In this document: in pieces, positions 8,659-15,700 of the stretch
How positions within the stretch are numbered: the stretch's first letter is position 1
Layout: each line of letters opens with the position of its first letter
Origin: Methanobacteriota archaeon
GTDB lineage: Archaea; Hydrothermarchaeota; Hydrothermarchaeia; Hydrothermarchaeales; JACRDW01
Assembly: GCA_043820925.1 (NCBI GenBank)
Contig: JBDRDL010000030.1
Coordinates: 1-15,700, forward strand
DNA: 15,700 bases
Reading direction: 5' to 3'
Position numbers and translations under genes: made by a program
Notes under the pieces: model-generated
What the model was told of the DNA's origin: nothing
The model's input: only the letters and a program-made list of their open reading frames with translations
The model's database searches: none

Positions 8659-8697
8659 ATGCGCTTTGCTCACCTTGCTGAGAGGGAGGTTGGATAA
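8659..8697 (+). pseudogene. Remnant of an mre11 5' end (MRFAHLAEREVG*)
   Basis: ATGCGCTTTGCTCACCTTGCTGA versus the mre11 start ATGAAGTTTGCTCACCTTGCAGA; exact 14-bp direct repeat at 8665-8678 and 12217-12230. Confidence 0.75.
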
Positions 8698-8771
8698 CAC
8701 CTGATGCTTTACTTTTCCCAAGCTCTCAGGAAATTTTCATAAGTGCAGGTGAAGATAAGGTTAAGAAGAAT

Positions 8772-8784
8772 AAAAAATTAAATA
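8772..8784 (+). promoter_or_regulatory. Candidate BRE/TATA for a leaderless R-M transcript
   Basis: AAAAAA-TTAAATA ending 25 nt before ATG 8810; no strong RBS. Confidence 0.45.
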
Positions 8785-8809
8785 ACTCCAAAGTATATAG
8801 GTTTAAAAA

Positions 8810-11800
8810 ATGACAAGTGAAATCAGCTTTACAGAGAATGTATTAAAGGCTTTCAAAAATATAACTAAAGAAATAGAGAAAGGCTCGTCCGAACACGATG
8901 TTAGATATAGATTTGTTAAATATTTTGTCGAAGAAGTTCTTGGATATGAACCCAAATATATAAAGTGGGAAAAGAAAAGAGCGGATTTGACGATTGTAGA
9001 CGAAAATAACTTTGCCATAATTAAAATTGAGACCAAGAAGCCGAATGAAAACATTGAGAAACCAGAATACAAAGAGCAGGCTTTCAAGTACGAAGAAGAA
9101 ACCACCAGATTCATAGGCTTAACAAATTTCTTACAGTTTAAACTATGGGAAGTCAAGAAAACAGAAAGTGAACTGAATGCCAATATAGATTTTTCCAGAA
9201 TCTTGGAACAGAGAAAACCAATAGAACAATTAACAAGCGAAGAAAAAAGCCAGATACTATTTTTGAATAACTTAACTAAGGAAAGTCTTTTTAATCCGAG
9301 TAAATATGAGAAATTTGATGAAAATTATGCAAGAATAGACCTAACGAAAGAAGCGGGATTTAGAAAGCTTCTTGACAGGCTGAATTTTATAGCCGATAAC
9401 TTGCTTTTAGGTTATACGCTGCGAGCTTTTGGGGAATACCAAGAAGGGTATAACAAATATCAAGAAGAATTAAAGAAAATAGACAATTTTCCTAAAAATG
9501 ATAAAAACAGTTACCATCTGGCAAAATATCATCAAAAGATAGAGGACGAATATTCTAAGTATAAAACATTCAGCGGATTCTATCTGTGGAAATCATATTC
9601 TGGGAAAGAGCATTTTGCAGACGATGGAATTAAAGAGGTTTTCTGCAAAGAATCAATCTATATTCTGCTCAATAAACTGCTGTTCCTTAGGATATGCGAG
9701 GATAAGGGCTTTCTTGAAAAGAACATTTCTAATGGTGGAATAGAGGAACTCAGAAATCTGCTTAAAAAAAGATTTGAAAATGATGTTATAAACAAAGAGC
9801 TTTTGGAGCTGGCGTTCAAAAGCGCCAAAGGACTGTATGCTCATTTTTACGAGACAGGAATTTTAGACTGGTTCAGGACAGGAGACGGTGAATTAAATGA
9901 AATCTTGAACAGGATATTATGGATTCTAAACCAATTCGATTTTACTCACGTTGATAGAGATATCTTGGGTAATCTTTATGAAAAATATCTGCCAAGCAAG
10001 GAAAGAAAAAGATTGGGAGAATTTTATACTCCAACAGAAGTTATAGACTATATACTAACTTCAGTTGGCTACACATACAGCTATGATATAGAAACTAAAG
10101 ACCTGCTCGACCCTGCCTGCGGTTCCGGCGGTTTCTTGGTAAGGGCTACAAGAAGATTAATTAGCAGATTTTTGATGAAATTTGGAAAGGCTGATAAAAA
10201 GGAGCTGAGAGATCCGAAAAATTGGAAAGAAATTGTTGATAGACTATCACCAGAAGAAGCAAAAATAGTTCTTGAAGCGATTCAGGAGCATATCTACGGA
10301 CTCGATATAAACCCTTTTGCCTGCCACATCGCAGAAATGAATATCCTGTTCCAAATAATTGATTTGTACCAAAAAGTAAAGGAAAAGCATCCAGATTATA
10401 AGCTGAAAAGATTTAAGATTTATCAGACAGACTCTCTGGAACTGCCAAAACAAAAAACAATAAACGATTTCGGCAATCATCTCAAATTTTTAGAAGAGCA
10501 GGAAGAGATAGACGCCATAAAGAACAAGAAGTTTGACTTTGTTGTGGGGAATCCGCCGTATGTTAGAGTGCAGATGTTGGATGAGAGAACGAAGGAATAC
10601 CTTAAAAAGGAATATAGCAAGACCGTTGTGGGTAAGTTTGATATCTATATCCCATTTATACAACGGGGCATAGATTGGCTCAAAGACAATCAAAAACTGG
10701 GTTACATAAATCCCAACTTATTCTTGAACCGAGATTACGGTAAGAATTTACGAAAATTCCTGTTAGAGAGCACAAGAATTTTGCAGATTATCAACTTCGG
10801 GGATTCTGGAGTTTTCAACGATGTAACTAATTATCCTTGCATCTTAGTGGTGCAAAAATCTGCTCCACAAAAAGAAGATACAATTAAAACAATTCTTGTA
10901 TATCAACCAAAAGAATACGTGTTGTGGGATATACAGAAAAAATACTATCAAACGTCTTTCAAAAACGAATATTTTTCGATGTTTGAAGTAGAGCAAAATA
11001 AGCTGGGAATAGAGCAGTGGAAATTAATACCTTACAATTTGACAAAAATATTCAACAAAATCAAATCATCCAGTGATAGAACTTTGATGGATGTTTCAGA
11101 GAGAATTTATGAAGGATTTATAACCGGTAATAATACGGTTTATTTTGTAACCGAGGAAAAAGTGAAGCAATTCCGCCTCGAAAGAGATTTATTGAAAAAC
11201 GTACCTAAAGGCAGAAATGTTAAGAGATGGCATTTCTTTTCAAATACATTTGTCATATATCCTCATCAAGATATTGAGGGGAAAACGGAAGTAATTACGG
11301 ACTTGAAATCAAAGTACCCAAATATTTGGCAATACTTCAAGAACAATGAAGAAACGCTTCAGAAAAGAAAATATTTGATGGATGCCATCAAAAAAAGCAA
11401 TAGAAAAGAATGGTTTGAGATTTGGAATCCAAGAAGTTATAGTTGGTTTAAGCAGCCAAAAATAATTACACCTAATTTATCAACAGGAAATAATTTTGCA
11501 TTTGATGAGGAAGGTGTGTTCTTAGATCATGATTGTTACGGAATTATACTGAAAGAAAAGTCACGAAACAGTTATCTATATGTTTTAGGCCTTCTCAATT
11601 CTCAATTATTAGAATTCTACTTAAAACAAATTAGCCCATATGCTTCCGGCAAATACTACCGATACATGACAGGCTACCTACAAAAACTCCCAATCAAACT
11701 CCCTGAAACAGCAGAAGAAAAGAAAATTGCCAATCAAATAATAAAGAAAGTTGATGAAATTCTTGAACTGCATAAGCAGGGTGTCATAGATATAGATGCT

Positions 11801-12214
11801 GTTCTCGAAGGCGAAGAAACAGAGAGATTATACAATCTACCGAAAGTTACGTTTTCTATAAAAGACGATGCAAAATTTGAAGGAGTTAAGGTGGAGGGAA
11901 GCAAGATATTCATAAATTCCGAAGATTTTGTGGAGATAAAGGATAAGAAGATTCTTGATTTTGTTGGAGTATATCTTAATTTTAGTAGTGAAAAATTAGC
12001 TAAATCCAAAGACGTTAAAGGCATTATTCTTAACCTTCCTGTTCCAACATCTGAGGAAATTTTAAAGGAGATCGTCAAAAAAGGCAGCGCAGACCATTCT
12101 CAAATTAAAGAAAAAATCAAGAGACTGGAGCAGGAAATCAATGAGCTGGTTTATGAGATTTACGGTGTTACGAGAGAGGAGAGGAAAATTGTTGGGGAGA
12201 ACTTAAAATTATGA
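8810..12214 (+). CDS. Type IIG (Eco57I-like) fused restriction endonuclease / N6-adenine methyltransferase
   Basis: N-terminal PD-(D/E)xK nuclease (RADL...IETKK), GEFYTP, LLDPACGSGGFL (motif I), GLDIN, VVGNPPY (motif IV), TaqI-C-like TRD (LGLLNSQLLEFY); visibly AT-rich. Confidence 0.93.
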   Translation: MTSEISFTENVLKAFKNITKEIEKGSSEHDVRYRFVKYFVEEVLGYEPKYIKWEKKRADLTIVDENNFAIIKIETKKPNENIEKPEYKEQAFKYEEETTRFIGLTNFLQFKLWEVKKTESELNANIDFSRILEQRKPIEQLTSEEKSQILFLNNLTKESLFNPSKYEKFDENYARIDLTKEAGFRKLLDRLNFIADNLLLGYTLRAFGEYQEGYNKYQEELKKIDNFPKNDKNSYHLAKYHQKIEDEYSKYKTFSGFYLWKSYSGKEHFADDGIKEVFCKESIYILLNKLLFLRICEDKGFLEKNISNGGIEELRNLLKKRFENDVINKELLELAFKSAKGLYAHFYETGILDWFRTGDGELNEILNRILWILNQFDFTHVDRDILGNLYEKYLPSKERKRLGEFYTPTEVIDYILTSVGYTYSYDIETKDLLDPACGSGGFLVRATRRLISRFLMKFGKADKKELRDPKNWKEIVDRLSPEEAKIVLEAIQEHIYGLDINPFACHIAEMNILFQIIDLYQKVKEKHPDYKLKRFKIYQTDSLELPKQKTINDFGNHLKFLEEQEEIDAIKNKKFDFVVGNPPYVRVQMLDERTKEYLKKEYSKTVVGKFDIYIPFIQRGIDWLKDNQKLGYINPNLFLNRDYGKNLRKFLLESTRILQIINFGDSGVFNDVTNYPCILVVQKSAPQKEDTIKTILVYQPKEYVLWDIQKKYYQTSFKNEYFSMFEVEQNKLGIEQWKLIPYNLTKIFNKIKSSSDRTLMDVSERIYEGFITGNNTVYFVTEEKVKQFRLERDLLKNVPKGRNVKRWHFFSNTFVIYPHQDIEGKTEVITDLKSKYPNIWQYFKNNEETLQKRKYLMDAIKKSNRKEWFEIWNPRSYSWFKQPKIITPNLSTGNNFAFDEEGVFLDHDCYGIILKEKSRNSYLYVLGLLNSQLLEFYLKQISPYASGKYYRYMTGYLQKLPIKLPETAEEKKIANQIIKKVDEILELHKQGVIDIDAVLEGEETERLYNLPKVTFSIKDDAKFEGVKVEGSKIFINSEDFVEIKDKKILDFVGVYLNFSSEKLAKSKDVKGIILNLPVPTSEEILKEIVKKGSADHSQIKEKIKRLEQEINELVYEIYGVTREERKIVGENLKL

Positions 12215-13350
12215 AGTTTGCTCACCTTGCAGATACTCACCTCGGCTACAGGCAGTACAATTTAGATGAGAGAGAGGAGGATTTCTACGCTGCGTTTCAC
12301 GAGGCGATAGACAAGATTATCGCAGCTAAATGCGACTTCGTTGTGCATGCTGGTGATTTATTCGACGAGCCGAGACCGCATGTAAGGGCTATGGTGGAAG
12401 TTAGAAAAGCCTTGGACAGACTCCATGAAAACAACATCCCAATCTTTGCAATTCCCGGAAACCATGATATACTCATGCGCAGGGGGGCAATGATTCCCCA
12501 TGCGATATACAGAAGAATCGAGGTGCTGACCGTAAAAAAGCCGTGGCGGGAGTTCAACGGCATATTCATCGCAGGTCTGCCTTACCACTCTAAAATACAT
12601 GCAAATGCATTAAAGGAGGAGCTGCACGAGCTCGCAACAGAGGCAAAAAAATACGAGAAAAAAATTCTGATGCTGCACCAGGGGATAGACAAGTATTTTC
12701 CGCTGGAGTATGAGCTCAAGTTTGCTGACATACCTAGGGGCTTTGATTACTATGCTCTGGGTCATGTGCACAAGCGAATCATAGACGACCTCGGATTCCG
12801 AGAGGAAGCTGGTGAGAAATGCCATCTTCCTTGCGGAAGAGGCAGCAGGCTCGTTTACCCAGGTTCAACAGAAATGTGGCGGATAGACGAGTTGAGCGAT
12901 TATGAGAAAAATGGTAAAGGATTCTTCATCGTTGATGTAGAGAATTTTGAGATAGAGAGAGTAAATTTAGATGTTCGACCATTCGTAAAGGCAGAAGTTG
13001 ATTCGAATTTAGACCTTGAAAAAATCAAAGAAGCCCTGAAAGTTACAAAAAAGCCGGTGATAAATATTGCTGTCGCTTCAGACGTACACGAATACCAGCG
13101 TATACATCAAAGGCTGGTTAACGAATTGAAAGATGCGCTTTACCTGGATATAAAGAGAAAAAGACGGGAGGAAAAAGAAGAGGCGCTGTACGATAAGACG
13201 ATAAACATTCAAGAGTTGATGAACGAAGTAATGAAGGATTATTCTGAGGCAGAGAGAGACTACGCATACTCTGTTTTTAAGGCGCTTTCGAAGGGAGATT
13301 TAGACGAAGCAAGAATTGTTACTGAATATTTTTATAAGGTGTTTAAATGA
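12211..13350 (+). CDS. mre11: Mre11 nuclease
   Basis: ADTHLG, AGDLFD, PGNHD, LHQG, LGHVH, YPGS phosphoesterase motifs; ATGA overlaps at both ends. Confidence 0.96.
   Translation: MKFAHLADTHLGYRQYNLDEREEDFYAAFHEAIDKIIAAKCDFVVHAGDLFDEPRPHVRAMVEVRKALDRLHENNIPIFAIPGNHDILMRRGAMIPHAIYRRIEVLTVKKPWREFNGIFIAGLPYHSKIHANALKEELHELATEAKKYEKKILMLHQGIDKYFPLEYELKFADIPRGFDYYALGHVHKRIIDDLGFREEAGEKCHLPCGRGSRLVYPGSTEMWRIDELSDYEKNGKGFFIVDVENFEIERVNLDVRPFVKAEVDSNLDLEKIKEALKVTKKPVINIAVASDVHEYQRIHQRLVNELKDALYLDIKRKRREEKEEALYDKTINIQELMNEVMKDYSEAERDYAYSVFKALSKGDLDEARIVTEYFYKVFK
12794..12841 (+). repeat. Palindromic element, copy 2 (in frame inside mre11)
   Basis: GATTCCGAGAGGAAGCTGGTGAGAAATGCCATCTTCCTTGCGGAAGAG; hairpin TTCCG/CGGAA, AGGAAG/CTTCCT; encodes FREEAGEKCHLPCG. 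Confidence 0.88.
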
Positions 13351-15700
13351 TTATCGAAGAGGTCGAAATCAAAAACTTCAGGTCACACAAGAATAGCAAA
13401 ATCAAGTTCGACCAGGGAATCTCGGTCATCGTGGGCGACAACGGCTCAGGAAAGACGGGCATTCTGGAGGCAGTCAACTTTGCTTTGTTCAAGCAGAAGC
13501 CGAACAATATAAATGCAGATGATTTAATTCGGAGAGGTGCAGAGGAAGCAGAAGTCTCGGTTACATTCTATTCTAACGGAAGAAGATACAGAGTGCTGCG
13601 GGGAAGGAAGACTGGAAAGGCTACCGGCAGCGCACTCTTCCGTGAGGAAGATGACATTCCTCGCCAGCTTCCTAATGGAATCTCTCAAAATGAAAAACTG
13701 CTCGTGAGGGGTGAGGACGAAGTAACTCGGGAAGTAGAAAAGATACTCGGAGTTAATGGGGAGCTTTTCACGAGCGCAATATATATCAAGCAGGGGGAAA
13801 TCGATAGCTTGATTTCTGCTGCACCTGCGGTCAGGAAGGAGCACGTCGGCAGGCTGCTCGGAGCGCACGATTTGGAGAATGCATACAAAAACATGAGAGA
13901 GCTGATAGACGAATACGACAGGCTATTTGAAAAATTTCAGGTCGTGCCGGAGGAGATAAAGAAAATAGAAGAGAAAATTAAAAAAGAAAAGCAGGAAATT
14001 GCGCAGCTGAGCGAGGAAATAAAAATTATTGATAAAAATCTCTCAGAGAAAAAGAGGCAATTCGAAGAAAAAGAGAAAGAAATTGCGCAGCTCGAAAAGC
14101 TTAAAGATCTGCAGAATACCAAGGAAAAAAATCTTGCAGAAATTGAAAACCTGAAGGAGAAAATCAAAAAAATTGAGAGCTATGAAAGGGAGCTGAAGGA
14201 AACGGAAGAAATCCATAAAGAATATGCAAAATTGGAGCAGGAAATCGAAGCTCTAAATAAAGAAAAAATAAAACTTGCAGGATATTCTGTTAAATACGAA
14301 CAGCTGAGCAGCGAACTTGTTTTGCAAGACAAAAAAATTGGCGAGCTTTCCGAATTCATTAAAAGTATATTTGAAAAATGCAGCGCTATTCTCGATGCAA
14401 AAGTTGAATCTTATGAAAAATTAGAGCAGCTCCTCTCAAAAAATGTGGAAAACATTGAGAAGAAATTGAGCAAAATTAGAGAAGAGAAAGAGGAAGTCGC
14501 TTCCAAAATTGGAAAAATTAAGGGGAACAATGAGGAGATTGAAAGGGCAATTTTTGAGCTGGAGGAAGCTAGAAATAAGTGCCCTGTCTGCGGCGCAAAA
14601 CTTACAAAAGAGCACAAGCAAAAACTGCTGGCAGAGTATTCTGCAAAAATCGAGAAAAATGGCAGCGAAATTTTGAGATGCAGCAAAAAATTAGAAGATT
14701 GCGCTCTGGACGAATCAAAACTGGAATCGCAGCTGCAGAAAGTCGAAAGCATAAATCTGGAGATGCTCAGATTAAAAATCGAGGAAAAGAATGAAATAAA
14801 GAATAAAATCGAGAGACTATCAAAAGAAATAAATGAGCATGAAAAGTTTCTAAAAAATTTGAGTGAAGCAGGGGAAAAATTGTCTGAAAAAGAATCAGAA
14901 AAAACAGCGCTTAAAGACGGCAACGAACGATATATAGAAGCCAAGCTCTTTTTAAGGAAAAATCTTCCTGACAAAGAAAAATTCCAGGAAGTAATTGACG
15001 AAATAAGAAAGCACATCGAAAGCTTGGAGATAGAGATTAGAAAATTGGGATATGCCCCTGAAATGATAGAGCGGCTGGATAACCTGAAAAAAGAAAGAAA
15101 TGCCCTGCAGGTCGAGCTCACAAAATTCGAGAAAGATAAGAGCTGGAATGAATCGATAATAAAAGAAAAGGGCAGGTCTACAGAAAATTTAACAACAGAA
15201 TTAGAGGAGCTGAAAGTAAAGGAAAAAGAGCTGAATAAGCTGGGCAATTTTAAAATTTTTCTCGGGCGCATAAGGGAGCTGTTTCACAAGGACAGCCTGC
15301 AAAAAGAGCTTAGAGTGAAGTCCAAACCGCTGGTGGAGAAATATACCAGAGAGGTATTCGACAAGTTTAATCTGCCTTACTCAGACATGGGCATAACTGA
15401 GGATTTTAATATCGTTGTTTACAGCCAGCACGGCGAGGAGAGCGTGGAAATGCTCAGCGGGGGAGAGAGAATCGCAGTTGCGCTTGCGTTGCGCATAGGC
15501 ATAGCCAGAGCTCTCTCGGGTTCTGCGATGGAGCTGATAATGCTCGATGAACCAACGATACATCTCGATGCTCTGCGAAGGCGGGAGCTGGTTGATATCA
15601 TCAAAAAACTCTCCTCGATACCGCAAACAATCGTGGTAACGCATGACAAAGAATTCGAGAACGCTGCGGACAGGCTGATTCTCGTTGAAAAGGTGGAGGG
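13347..15700 (+). CDS. rad50: Rad50 ATPase, 3'-truncated by the window edge (nearly complete)
   Basis: Hand translation: MIIEEVEIKNFRSH, Walker A GDNGSGKT, Q-loop IKQGEI, coiled coil, Zn hook CPVC at 14580, signature LSGGE, Walker B MLDEPT, VTHD. All in one frame. Confidence 0.96.
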   Translation, partial: MIIEEVEIKNFRSHKNSKIKFDQGISVIVGDNGSGKTGILEAVNFALFKQKPNNINADDLIRRGAEEAEVSVTFYSNGRRYRVLRGRKTGKATGSALFREEDDIPRQLPNGISQNEKLLVRGEDEVTREVEKILGVNGELFTSAIYIKQGEIDSLISAAPAVRKEHVGRLLGAHDLENAYKNMRELIDEYDRLFEKFQVVPEEIKKIEEKIKKEKQEIAQLSEEIKIIDKNLSEKKRQFEEKEKEIAQLEKLKDLQNTKEKNLAEIENLKEKIKKIESYERELKETEEIHKEYAKLEQEIEALNKEKIKLAGYSVKYEQLSSELVLQDKKIGELSEFIKSIFEKCSAILDAKVESYEKLEQLLSKNVENIEKKLSKIREEKEEVASKIGKIKGNNEEIERAIFELEEARNKCPVCGAKLTKEHKQKLLAEYSAKIEKNGSEILRCSKKLEDCALDESKLESQLQKVESINLEMLRLKIEEKNEIKNKIERLSKEINEHEKFLKNLSEAGEKLSEKESEKTALKDGNERYIEAKLFLRKNLPDKEKFQEVIDEIRKHIESLEIEIRKLGYAPEMIERLDNLKKERNALQVELTKFEKDKSWNESIIKEKGRSTENLTTELEELKVKEKELNKLGNFKIFLGRIRELFHKDSLQKELRVKSKPLVEKYTREVFDKFNLPYSDMGITEDFNIVVYSQHGEESVEMLSGGERIAVALALRIGIARALSGSAMELIMLDEPTIHLDALRRRELVDIIKKLSSIPQTIVVTHDKEFENAADRLILVEKVE
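13635..13682 (-). repeat. Palindromic element, copy 3 (in frame inside rad50, opposite orientation)
   Basis: Reverse complement GATTCCATTAGGAAGCTGGCGAGGAATGTCATCTTCCTCACGGAAGAG matches the mre11 copy at 40/48 nt without gaps; encodes FREEDDIPRQLPNG. Confidence 0.88.

Noticed and set aside
8577..8730. TPP-riboswitch-like words (GGGGTG, GCTGAGA, ACCTGAT, TGGATAA)
   Set aside because: Motif order is wrong, the P5/CGUAGG part is missing, no thiamine gene follows, and GCTGAGA is explained by the mre11 remnant.
13995..14092. Direct repeat GAAATTGCGCAGCT (EIAQL twice) in rad50
   Set aside because: Ordinary coiled-coil heptad repetition; not an array or CRISPR.
13524..15649. Minus-strand Phe/Ser-rich ORFs
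   Set aside because: Antisense of the Lys/Glu-rich rad50 coiled coil.

Overview
Archaeal chromosomal window, probably euryarchaeal (taxon is an inference from gene content, GGTGA/GGAGG RBSs and TATA/BRE promoters). A partial carA (-) is divergent from an operon of ACT-domain protein, PAC2 proteasome chaperone, nurA and herA. About 7.2 kb of intervening genes follow: radA(-), a small Zn-ribbon ORF(-), a DHA2 MFS transporter(-), a decayed rhomboid, a small EF-Tu-domain-II-like beta-barrel(-) and an AT-rich 1134-aa type IIG restriction-modification gene. That R-M gene is translationally coupled to mre11-rad50 (rad50 partial). Two unannotated signals stand out. (1) A family of ~45-48 bp palindromic elements sits in frame inside both mre11 and rad50, in opposite orientations yet both encoding FREE-x6-LP-x-G, with a third copy intergenic and related hairpins in the carA and radA leaders. 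(2) The mre11 5' end is duplicated on either side of the R-M gene, suggesting the R-M gene was inserted at the mre11 start and the gene was restored.
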